Source of the DNA: Patescibacteria group bacterium
GTDB lineage: Bacteria; Patescibacteriota; Patescibacteriia; UBA9934; GWF2-40-263
Assembly: GCA_004297215.1 (NCBI GenBank)
Contig: SCUM01000001.1
Coordinates: 742,716 to 806,715, forward strand
Length of the DNA stretch: 64,000 nucleotides
Direction: 5' to 3'
Shown: piece by piece, positions 33,889 to 45,300 of the stretch
How the letters are laid out: every line of letters starts with the position of its first letter
Position numbering within the stretch: position 1 is the first letter of the stretch
Notes under the pieces: generated by a model
What the model was told of the DNA's origin: nothing
Database searches by the model: none
Seen by the model: the letters and a program-made list of their open reading frames with translations, nothing else
Position numbers and translations under genes: made by a program

Positions 33889-33983
33889 TCCGTAGTCCGT
33901 AGTGCGTAGGAAAAACCTACGACTACGAACTACGGTCTAGGAAACCGGTCTACGTACTACGCACTACGTACTACGCACTCCGC
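33882..33983. repeat. Heptamer-array hairpin (right flank of the four-helix-bundle gene)
   Basis: TCGTAGTCCGTAGTCCGTAGTGCGTAGG..CTACGACTACGAACTACGG, followed by further CTACGTACTACGCACTACGTACTACGCAC units. Confidence 0.8.
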
Positions 33984-34100
33984 GCCCCCTAAACCACAAA
34001 GGTCGAGCACAACAGCGTATGGGTCGGGACGGGTGCCGAAGGGTTCGGCGCCGTCGACATCTATCAAGGCCCAGACGCCCATCTAATCCACGAACTTCAT

Positions 34101-35258
34101 ATGAACAAATTCCATTCATTCATCGCGAAAGTGACCATGCTCTCGCTGGTGGTCGCGCTGGTGGCGATCGTCTCCCCGGCGCAGGCGGCCACGATCACCT
34201 CCGCCAAGGACACGATGTCGCGCGTGCAGATCTCGACCCTCTCCAACCACGAGATCCTGTTCACGACCCCGACCGGCGTCGCGAGCGGCGCCACGATCAT
34301 CGTCACGTTCAACACCGACTTCTCGGTCGCGGCCGCGCTCGACTTCACGGATCTCGACCTCTCATCGGACTCGACACCGGATGCCGACTGTAGCGCGGAC
34401 GAAACGGAGGCGACCCTCGCGGCCGCCCCGTCGGGCGCCACGGTGGGCGCCGTGCGCACGTCCGGCACCGTCATCACCTTCACCAACGGCACGACCGTGA
34501 TCGCGGCCGGGTCGGAAGTGTGCATCCAGATCGGCACGAACGCCACGAACCAGACGACCGGCGTCCGACAGGTCACCAACGCCACGACGGACAGCTCGGC
34601 GAGCGCCAAGACCGTCGCTTTGAGCGGCACCTTCGGCGACTCCGGCACCATCGCGTTGGGCATCGTGGACGACGACACGGTAGCCATCTCGGCCACGGTC
34701 ACGTCCGCGCTCACCTTCGACCTCGATACGGTCACCACGGACACATGCAGCACCACCGAGACTGCGGCCGCCTACGCGGTCGCGCTCGGCACTATCACCA
34801 CCACCGACACCCGCGTGTCCGGCGGGACCGACTCGGTGGAATCCATCTGCGTAGACCTCAACACCAACGCCTCCGGGGGCGCCGTGATCACGGTCGTCTC
34901 GGCCAACGGGTCGAGCGGGCTCGTGAGCACCTCGGTGCCGGGCGACACCATCCCGAGCGCCGGAGCCACCATGGCCGACGGCACGGCCAACTACGGCATC
35001 TGCGTGGTGTCGGAAACGTCTTCCGCCGGCACGTTCGACGACGTGGCGCCGTTTGACAACGCCTCGTGCGCGGCCAACACCGAGACCAACGTGGTCGGCG
35101 GCCTCACCACCTCGGCGCAGACCATCCTCGACACCAACACCGACCCGATCGCCACCGGCCGCGCGCAGATCGCCGTGAACGCCGCCATCAGCGGAATCAC
35201 CCCGGCGCACAGCGACTACGCGGACACCCTCACGTTCATCGCGACGGGGACGTTCTAA
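34101..35258 (+). CDS. Secreted subunit-like protein 2 (homologous to the N-domain of the 7865 protein), C-terminal ...LTFIATGTF
   Basis: 385 aa. Signal peptide. ATITSAKDTM..NHEILFTTPTGV..ADCSADE..IGTNATNQ..SGTFGDSGTIALGI. Thr/Ser-rich. The terminal strand resembles those of 6078 and 32767. Confidence 0.75.
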   Translation: MNKFHSFIAKVTMLSLVVALVAIVSPAQAATITSAKDTMSRVQISTLSNHEILFTTPTGVASGATIIVTFNTDFSVAAALDFTDLDLSSDSTPDADCSADETEATLAAAPSGATVGAVRTSGTVITFTNGTTVIAAGSEVCIQIGTNATNQTTGVRQVTNATTDSSASAKTVALSGTFGDSGTIALGIVDDDTVAISATVTSALTFDLDTVTTDTCSTTETAAAYAVALGTITTTDTRVSGGTDSVESICVDLNTNASGGAVITVVSANGSSGLVSTSVPGDTIPSAGATMADGTANYGICVVSETSSAGTFDDVAPFDNASCAANTETNVVGGLTTSAQTILDTNTDPIATGRAQIAVNAAISGITPAHSDYADTLTFIATGTF

Positions 35259-35279
35259 CTCATCCGCAACGACATACAT

Positions 35280-36236
35280 ATGTGGAGGAAACTGTCATTT
35301 GCGGCCATGGTGGCGACCCTGCTCGCCCCGATCATGAACGTGCTTCCGGCCGCGGCGCTCACCGTGAGCCCGGTGGTGATCGAGCATGAGGCCGACCCCG
35401 GCGACGAGATCGTGGGGACCATCAAGCTGCACAACGAAGGGGCCCAGACGGAGACGTATTACCCGACCGTCCAGGACTTCGTGGGTTCCGACGAGTCCGG
35501 TACGCCCCAGTTCATCGGAACGAGCCCCGACCGCTCGCTCGTGGAGTGGGTGTCGTTCGGCCGCAGCTCCATCACCATCGATCCGGGCGACGGGGAGCTC
35601 GTGGTGTACACGCTCAAGGTGCCGAAGGATGCCGCCCCGGGCGGGTACTTCGGCGGCCTGCTGTTCTCGACCTCGCCGGCCAACGCCGCGTTCGGCGTGG
35701 GCACCGTGGGCGTCACGGGCCCGCTCCTGCTTGTGCGCGTGTCCGGCAACGTGGTCGAACGGGCGAGCGTCGCCTCGTTCGCGTCGAGCCAGGACTCGGG
35801 CACCTCGCTCCCGGTGGACTTCAAGCTGCGCGTGCAAAACGAAGGCACGGTGCACGTGAAGCCCACGGGCGTGATCCGCATCACCAACCTGTTCGGCGGC
35901 GTATCCGCCGTCATTCCGGTGAACGCGGGCGGCGGCAACGTGCTGCCTGGCGGTGCGCGCGTCTACTCCGAGAGCTGGGTCAAGTCCGAGCTTCCGGACA
36001 ACGCGAGCGAGCTCATGAAGGAATGGAAGAACTTCGGGTTCGGCCCGTACACCGCCACCCTTATCCTGAACTACGGGGAAGGGAAGCAGGTGATGAGCGC
36101 CTCCGACTCCTTCTGGGTGATGCCGTGGATGCTCATGGTGCTGTTCGTGATCCTCATCGCGGTCGCATTGCTCCTGCTCGCCCAGTACAACAAGTGGGTG
36201 ATCGCAAGGGCGATGATGAGCCAGAAGAAACGGTAG
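35280..36236 (+). CDS. Membrane-anchored PapD-like/DUF916-like beta-sandwich protein (paralog of 6985)
   Basis: 318 aa. Signal peptide, LTVSPVVIEHEADPGDEIVGTIKLHNEGAQTETYYPTVQDF, C-terminal SDSFWVMPW + TM helix + basic tail (QKKR). Confidence 0.75.
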   Translation: MWRKLSFAAMVATLLAPIMNVLPAAALTVSPVVIEHEADPGDEIVGTIKLHNEGAQTETYYPTVQDFVGSDESGTPQFIGTSPDRSLVEWVSFGRSSITIDPGDGELVVYTLKVPKDAAPGGYFGGLLFSTSPANAAFGVGTVGVTGPLLLVRVSGNVVERASVASFASSQDSGTSLPVDFKLRVQNEGTVHVKPTGVIRITNLFGGVSAVIPVNAGGGNVLPGGARVYSESWVKSELPDNASELMKEWKNFGFGPYTATLILNYGEGKQVMSASDSFWVMPWMLMVLFVILIAVALLLLAQYNKWVIARAMMSQKKR

Positions 36237-36257
36237 CTCCTCAGACCCCACCATGCC

Positions 36258-36334
36258 TCCCCTTTCCAAGGGGAGGGTAGCGGAAGCGAGCTATCTCCCC
36301 CTTGGAAAGGGGGAGCATGAGGGGGTCTGCGGCG
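36258..36334. repeat. Cluster of palindromic repeats upstream of giant gene 3
   Basis: CCTCCCCTTTCCAAGGGGAGGG, then CTCCCCCTTGGAAAGGGGGAG + CATGAGGGGGTCTGCGG (parts 1 and 3 of the composite element). Confidence 0.8.
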
Positions 36335-36341
36335 TGGGAGC

Positions 36342-39300
36342 GTGAGTTCCCACGTCCGCCCCGTGTCACGAGCGTCTCGTGGCATGAGGCGGGTGGATTC
36401 CACCCGAACTTTGCACGCCCCCATGCTTGTCGTGCAGCCAGACAAATCCCTCATCCGAAGAGTAAGCGCGAGCGAGCCGTTCGCGCTCGTTGTGGTTTTC
36501 CTCATGATGATTTCCGGGTTCAGCGTGTGGATGCTGCTGTCGCGCGCGCCCGGGGCGGTCGCGACGCTCGACACGCCGATGCTCATCACCTATCAGGGGA
36601 AGCTCACCAACGCGAGCCGCATCACGGTGCCGGACTCGGCGCTCAACATGAAGTTCGCGATCTACACCTCGAGCTCCGGCGCCTCCGGCTGCGTGTGGAG
36701 CGCGGGCGACGACCCGGGCGACGGCGCGGACACTACCTTCTCGCAATCAAGCGACTGTCCGAGCCATGTCCCGTCGACCGCGATTTCCGTGACGCCCAGC
36801 GAAGGGGTGGTCACGGTGATCCTCGGCGCCTCCCCGCAAAACGCCATCCCCGATGCGCTGTTCGACGACAACTCCGCCCTGTACCTCGGCGTCACCGTGG
36901 GGGCTGACAGCGAAATGACTCCGAGGATCCGCCTCACCGCCACGCCCTACGCCTTCCAGGCCGGCGACGCGGACCTGCTCGACGGCCTCGATTCCACGGC
37001 GTTCGCCACCACGAGCACCGCGTTCGTGAACAACGGCAATTCCTTCGCCGCCGCCGGGGTGATCGGCACCAACGACGCGAACTCGCTCTCGTTTGAGACG
37101 AACAACGTTACCTATCTCACCATCGCCTCCGGCGGCGGCTTCACGCTTCCCGTGGACACCGACTGGACGCTCACGGGCGGCACGAACGGGTTGAGCCTCG
37201 ACGGCACCACCTTCTCCGTGGACGCCGCCAACAACCGCATCGGCATCGGCACCGCGGCCCCGAGCCAGACCCTCACGGTGGTCGGCACCGGCGACGTGTC
37301 CGGCCACGTGGCCATCGGCGACGACGCCGCGATCAACGACGCGTCGCTCCTCTATGGCGCATCGACCATCACGAACGTCCTTACCGTCTCCGAGGAGATG
37401 ACGGACGGCGCCTCGGACTACGTGGACGGCATCACCAACCACATCCTGTACAACCCGTCCACCGACGCCTCAACCACGTGGGTCGACGGCATGGACACGG
37501 TCGTGGAGACGGCCGCGGCAAACGCGCAGGACATCGACGTGATCGATGCCGGATATTTCGGGACCACCCATAACGGCACGGGCGACATCGTGGGCTGGCT
37601 CAACGGCGTCTCGGGGGTCGTCAGCACGACGGCGACGAGCGGGAGTTCTATTTCGAACAACGCCGGGTATTTCGCGGTCACCGCGATCGACCCCCGCGCC
37701 ACCGGTACCGAGGACAACTACGGCTTGTGGTCGGCCGTGAGCCGCACCGGCGCCACGGGCGGCACCATCAACACCTACGGCGTGTACGTGCAAAGCAACG
37801 GCATGGACGCTGCCGGCGCCGGTACCTCCACCCTCTACGGCCTCTATATAGAGAGCATGACAGGGGCCGACACCAACTACGCCATCTACTCCGCCGGCGG
37901 CCAGAGCTACCACGCGGGGAACTTCGGGATCGGCGACGCCTCTCCCGCCTCCCTCCTCACCGTGGGCTCGGGCGACCTGTTCCAGGTGACCTCCGCGGGG
38001 AGGATCATCACGACCGTGACCCCCACGGCCGACTCGGGGACCACCAACAACGCGGCGTTCGTGATGCTCACCACCCCGGCGGACACCACCGGCACGAACG
38101 TGCACAACGCCCTGCGCGTGGACGGGAACGTGGGCAACGCCACCGGAGGCACCAACACCGTCAATCTCCTCGAGTTCGACGCTCTGACCGGCGACGCCCA
38201 AGTGACCCTGCGCGGCATCGACATCGGCGCGCTCACCGGCACCGCCGCCACGGAGGACGCCATCCTGGTCGGAAGCGGTTGGGACTGCACGTTCAAGGTG
38301 GGCTCCACCTGCGTGATCGATGGCTCCGGCACGCTCGGTTCCAGCGGCAACGCCTTCGTGAACGGGGGCAACTCCTTCGGCGCCAGCGCCATCCTCGGGA
38401 CGAACGACGCCAACTCCCTTTCGTTTGAGACCAACAACACCACCTACCTCACCATCGCCTCCGGCGGAGGATTCACCCTCCCCGTGGACACCGACTGGAC
38501 GCTCACGGGCGGGGAGAACGGGTTCTCCATCGACGGCACCACCTTCTCGGTGGATGGCTCGGCCAACCGCGTGGGCATCGGCGACGCCACCCCCGACGCG
38601 CTGCTCGACGTGGGCGGGGACGCGTTCATCGACAACGACCTCGTGGTGGGTGCCGCGACCTCGACCACCGAGACGCTCGCGAACGCCGGGTTCAGCTTGA
38701 GCAACGACGACCTATTCGTCTCTGACTCCATCGGCGCCGAGGGCAACGTCTACACCGACGGCTCCTTCATCGCGGGTGCCACCCTCACGCTCGCCGACTC
38801 CGGCATCACCGAGTCGGGTGCCTTCACCTTCACCTCGCAGCTCGCCGCGGGCGGCACTACTTCTTCCGCCTTCAACCTTGTCTCGAGCAACGACCTGGGC
38901 GCATCCGACGAGGTGCTCCAGATCGGCGACTCGGCCGCCACCTTCATGACCGTGCTCGGGAACGGCAGCGTGGGGATCGGGACGGTGAGTCCGTCAGTGA
39001 TTTTAGATATCGCGAAAGTGGGTTCGGGAAGTACCGCGGCCCAAGTGACCATTTCCGGGTATGCGAATGACGCTTCCAGCGGGGCATACATGAACTGGCA
39101 AAAATCACGCGGAACGTCCGTCGGTTCTTTGGTCACGACCGATAGCGGAGATTATCTCGGGGTGATGGGATGGGCGGGCGTTACTTCTTCCAACACGAGC
39201 AGTTATGGCGCGAGGATCCTCGTGCAGCAAGATGCCGCGGCATCAGCGACGCAAGTACCCGGCGCCTTCATCATCAGGACGAGCGATGCCAGCGCCGAGT

Positions 39301-42300
39301 CTGAAAGATTGCGCATCACGAGTTCCGGCAACGTCGGCATCGGCGATACCACCCCCGCCTCGCTGTTCACCGTGGGCGACGGAGATGATTTCCAGGTATC
39401 CTCGACCGGTAACCTCACCTCTCCGGCCGACACCACATGGACGATTGGTGGCGGCGTGAACGGCCTCAACTTCGATTCGGACACCCTTTCGATCGACGCT
39501 ACGAACAATTTCGTGGGAATCGGCACGAGCACCCCGGACTATCTCCTCCAGGCCGAGGCCAGCTCCGCGTCCGTTCAAGCCGCCGTGGTCACGAACACGA
39601 ACACGGCCGGCGCAGGGGTGGTCATGGCGCAGGCGGGAAACGTGACGGCGCGCTATGCGGCGTACGGGACGACGGCGGCGATTAACAACTTCGCGTCCGG
39701 CACGGCGGCCTTCTTCGGAAGCGGCGCCGTCACCTCCGTCCAGATGGTCACGCCGGACGTGGCCGCCCCGTTGGCGTTCGGATACAACGATTTCGTCTCC
39801 ACGAGCCGCGAATTCCTCCGCCTGACGGACGGGACGGCCGGCGCCGTGTTCAACGAGGACAGCCTCGACCGGGATTTCCGCGCCGAGACCGACGGGAACG
39901 TCAACGGCATCTTCCTCGACGCTTCCGCCGAGACCATCGACCTGGTGGGCGGCTCGGGCTCCACGGGCTGCTCCATCAGCTCGGCGGGCGCCCTGGTGTG
40001 CACCGCAGGGGTAGGAGGATGGACCGACGGGGGGACCGACGTCACCCTCACCACCTCCACCGACAACGTGGGCATCGGCGGTGCGTCGCTCGGCAAGCTC
40101 TCCGTGGACGGGGATACCGACGAGATCCAGCTCCTGGTGCAGGGAAACTCCAGCCAGACGGCCAACTACATGACGGTGGAGACGAGCGCCGGCACCGACC
40201 TGTTCCAGATTGACACTTCCGGGAACGTCATCCTCACCAACGACCTTGGCGTGGGCGCCGCCGCCTCCTCCGAGACGCTCGCGAACACGGGTTTCTCGCC
40301 GAATGGCGACGACCTGTTCGTGGCGGACTCGATCGGCGCGGAAGGCAACGTCTACACCGACGGCTCCTTCATCGCCGGCGCCACCCTCACGCTCGCGGAC
40401 TCCGGCATCACCGAATCCGGCGCCTTCATTTTCACCTCCCAGCTCGCTTCCGGCGGCACCACCTCCTCCGCCTTCAACCTCGTCTCGAGCAATGACCTGG
40501 GTGCCGCCGACGAGCTCCTGCAGATCGGGGACTCGGCCGGGACGTTCATGACGTTCCTTGGGAACGGCAACGTCGGGATCGGGACCGTAAACCCCTCGGC
40601 CCCGCTCACGGTGGTCGGGGGAGCGGACGTCAATCTCGCCGCGGACGACAACTTCGTCATCGACGGGAGCACCAACCAGCGCACCATCACGCTCGGAGCC
40701 ATGCGCTTCTTGCACACGCCGGCCATCCAGGGGACGCGCGCCATCAACCTGGTGGTGGACGCCAACAACCAGTCCGACACCTCCGGCATCGTGGTGGATT
40801 ACGCCGCCACCAACTTCGACAGCGACCAGAACGGCACGGCGCTCAAGCTCTCGGTGGATTCCACGAGCGCGACCGGCGGGGAAGTGCGGGCGATCGACGT
40901 CACGAAGACGGCCGGCGGCACCCTCGACGTGTACGCGGTGCAAGCCGGGGTGGGCGTGACCCCCCTGCGCCAGGTCTCGGGCACGTTCGGGAACGTGGAC
41001 ACGGCGCTCATCGAGGCCGGCGGATTCACGGCCGTCACGTCGAGCTTCAACTCCACCGGCACCGACGTGCAGATGTTCGTGGCCAACGGCGACCGCGTGT
41101 ACGTGGGCGCGGACACCACCTTCGGCGCCGTCTCCTTCGTGCTCGCCACCGTCGCCTCCGGCGCCGGAGTGAAGCCAACCTTCGAGTTTTCCACGGGCGC
41201 CGGATGGACGAGCTTCGGTCCCAACGACGGGACCAACGGGATGCGCACCAACGGGAGCATCAGTTGGGACGCCGCCGACCTCGCGACCTGGGCCACCCAG
41301 TCCGTGAACGCCACCACCAAGTACTGGATCCGCATCACGCGCACGCAGGCCGCGCTTACCACGCCGCCCACCGAGGACATCGTGCAATACGCGGCCGCGA
41401 CCAATTACACCTGGGACGTGAACGGCGACCTCGCGATCCGCGACCTCGCGGTCAACGGCGGCGACCTCACCACGAGCACTTCCACCTTCAACCTGGCCGC
41501 GTCGGTCACGACGCTCGCGATGGCCGGCGGCTCCGGCTCCACGGGCTGCACGATTGACTCCTCGGGGAACCTGGCGTGTTCCGGCACGGTGTCAGGGAGC
41601 GGAGCCGTCGGGTTCGTGAACGGGGGCAACTCCTTCGGCGCCAGCGCCATCCTCGGGACGAACGACGCGAACTCGCTCTCGTTTGAGACCAATAACACCA
41701 CCTACCTCACCATCGCCTCCGGCGGCGGGTTCACGCTTCCCGTGGACACCGACTGGACCCTCACGGGCGGCACGAACGGGTTGAGCTTCGACGGCACCAC
41801 CTTCTCCGTGGACGCCACCAACAACCGCATCGGCATCGGCACGGCGGCGCCGACGACGGAGCTTGATATTGTCGGTTCGGGGACCGGCTACAACTTCAAC
41901 GCGATCCGCAGCACGAACGGCAACATCGGCTATTTCTCCCAGAACGACACGGCCGGCACCGCCGCGACATCGCGCATGTGGTTGATTGCTGACGGGGTTT
42001 CGGGCAACAGCGTGCAAGGGAATCTCTGGGCGCTCTCCTCCTCCTATACGGATGCCTTCTGGGGAAGCTACGCGGCGGGCAAGGTCTTGCTTGCGGCTGC
42101 TGGTGAGGCGAGTCGGAAGGACCTGTTGATCGCGGCGGTCGGTTCCGGGACTGGCGGCAAGATCGCATTCCATGTCGGTGGATTGAACGAGGCGCCGTTA
42201 GCCGCCAACGAACGGGCGCAAATCGGCGCGACTGAGTTCGTCGTCAACGACAGCTCCAATAATTACGACTTCCGCGTGGAGGGCGACACCAACGCCAACC

Positions 42301-45300
42301 TCCTGTTCCTCGACGCATCCGCCGACCGCGTTGGCATCGGAGATGCCACCCCCGACCATTTCGTGGACATCGAGGCTGGTTCGCTCGCGAGCGCCGTGAA
42401 CGCGCTTTCCGTGACCGGCACGCTCTCTTCGACGGCCGCGGCCCAGACGGGCGTCTCGGTAGACATCACGGGAGCCGGTAGCGACTCGAATCTCCATGCC
42501 GGCTTGGCAGTCAATCTGGGAGCCGGATATACGGGGGCCGGAGCCTCGGCGGCGATGTATTACACGAACTATTCCGCGGGTACGGCAACCACGCCTGTCG
42601 GGAACGGGAACGGGAATTACGGCGTGTCAGGTTTCGCCTTGGGAACGACGACCGGGACGAACGTCAGCGTGCTCGGTTCCGCAGGCTACGGCGACGTCAA
42701 CTACGGCGTCATGGGGAAGGCCCAGGTCGCCAAGACGAGCGCGAAGAACGTCGCGGTCGCCGGCGTGGCGAATGCCGCCGGCGGTTCCGGCATGACGCTC
42801 CTCGGCGGGTATTTCGGCATCAATTCGACCGCCGGAGACCCGACGCTCGCAAGCGCCGCCCTCATCGCGGACAACGGCGACGTCTCCGCCCCCATCTTCC
42901 TCGCCCGCGACAACGGCACGGTCGTGCTCACGGTCGCCGATGGCGGCTCCGTCGGCATCGGCGACAGCACGCCTGCCTCATTGTTCACCGTGGGCGACGG
43001 GGACGACTTCCAGGTGGGCTCCGACGGCGATCTCGACAGCATCAAGAGCGTCGCGTATTCCTGGCCCTCGGCAAACGCCTCGGGCGTGCTCACCAACAAC
43101 GGCTCCGGCGTCCTTTCCTGGTCCTCGGCCGGCTCCGGCGACATCACGGCGGTCGGCTCCATGACCTCGGGCGACGCCTTTGCCGACGCCACGGCCGACG
43201 ACGACTGGCTGGGCCTCGGCGCCGCGGCCGGCCGCATCGAGTTCGATGACGTGACGAACGACGAGGTGAACGTGCTCGACGCGTACCTCGGCGTCGGCAC
43301 GTCCACTCCGGCCGGGATCTTCCACGTGTCGGCGGCCGACCCGCGCACGCGCGTCACGCACACCTCCACCACCGGGTACAGCGTGTTCGACCTCTACGAG
43401 AACGCCACGGCCCAAGGCTCCCTCACCACCTACGGCTCCGCGGTGGGCGGGGCGATGGCGAACGATTTCGTGATCTCGGGCCGCGGCACCTCGGACCTCG
43501 TGTTCGCGAGCGCCGACGATACCGAGCGCATGCGCATCGCCGCCGGCGGCAACGTGGGCGTGGGGGACGCCACTCCGGACGGGTTCTTCTCGGTGGGCAC
43601 CACTTCCCAGCTCCAGGTCACGAGCGCCGGCAACCTTTCCACTTCCGGCACCGTCACCTCCACGAGTTCCTCGGCCTCCGCGCTCGTGGTCGACACCACC
43701 ACGCTCGTGGTGGATGCGAGCGCCAACCGCGTGGGCGTGGGTACCGCCTCGCCCGCCGCCGACCTGCACGTGTCGGCGGCCGATACGCGCATGCGCGTCA
43801 CCCACACGTCGACCACCGGGTACGGACAGCTCGATTTCTACGAGAGCGGCACCGTCCAGGGCGACATCGTGGCGTATGGCTCCGGCGTGGGCGGGGCGCT
43901 TGAGAACGATTTCGTGATCTCGAGCCGCGGCACCTCGGACCTGGTCCTTGCGAGCAGCGCGGACACCGAGCGCCTGCGCATCACCGCCGCCGGCGCGTTC
44001 TCGCTCCCCGCGGACACCGACTGGACCCTCACGGGCGGGGTGAACGGCCTATCCTTCGACGGCACCACCTTCTCGGTGGACGCCACCAACAACCGCATCG
44101 GCATCGGCGACGCCAGCCCGTCCGCGCTGCTCACCGTGGGCGACGGCGACAAGTTCAAGGTCAACGCCGAGGGCGACATCACCTCCGCGTTCACGACCCT
44201 CGACGGTTCGACGACGGCGAACGGCGCGGGTTCCAACTCGACCACGCTCATCCTTACGAGCGCCACGAACTTCGATGTCGGGAATTACGTCCAGGTGGCC
44301 GCGACCGCCTGCGCCGCCAATCCTTGTTTTGCCAAGATCACGGCCATCGTGACCAATACGTTGACCGTCAGCCCTGCCATCTCCTGGAGCGACCTCGACG
44401 TCGTGACCGAGGTCCACGTCCCCGAGATCGGCGGCCTCGACCTCACCCAGGCGCTCGCCAACCGCTACGGCCGCGGCTACTTCATCGACGGCATCGTGGC
44501 CGGCAACGGCTCCACCTACATCACCGACGGCTCGATCGAGAGCGTCGGCGCGCTTCGCATCAACGCCTCCGGCAACCAGGCCGTGACCTTCGGCACCGGC
44601 ACGGTCACGGTCAACGGCCCGCTCGTGACCGCGGCCGGCAACGACCTCAACGTGGACTCCGGCACCCTGTTTGTCGACTCTACCAACAACCGCGTGGGCA
44701 TCGGCACGGCCACCCCCGGCTACCTGCTCGACGTTGCCGGCGCCATGCGCGTGGGCGTGGCCGGCACCGACGGCCAGATCCGCCTGTACTCCGAGCAGGG
44801 GGCCACGGATTACGAGGTGGTGATCAACCCCAACGCCGCCATGACCCAGAACGTCACCTACACCCTCCCGGCCGACGACGGCACTTCAAGCCAGGTGCTC
44901 ACCACCGACGGCTCCGGCGGCTTGAGCTGGGCCACCGCCGGCGGCTCGGGTGCCAACGTCACACTCTCGAACCTCACCACCGTTGCCCTCAACGCCGACC
45001 TGCTTCCGTCCGCGTCGCCGTCCACCTCCTCGAGCAGCAGGACGACCACGGTGGCGGAAACGACCACCTCCACGGGGACGTATTCGGACATGGCGGTTCC
45101 CGCGGATGGGTTGCCGGTCTTAAGTCATACGGACGCATCCGGTTACCTGCGGGTCAGCAAGTGCAGCGACGCCAACTGCTCTTCCGGTTCGATTACCAAC
45201 ACTATCGTGGATTCCAGTTCAACGTTCCAATACACTTCCGTCGCCATTTCCGCCGACGGGTATCCGGTGATCAGCTATTACGACAGCACGAACCTGGATC

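Noticed and set aside
33426-33990. Possible CRISPR array (short direct repeats ACTACGY, GTGCGTAG)
   Set aside because: The units are 7-8 nt, arranged as inverted arrays forming hairpins, with no 25-40-nt repeats or unique spacers. Not CRISPR.
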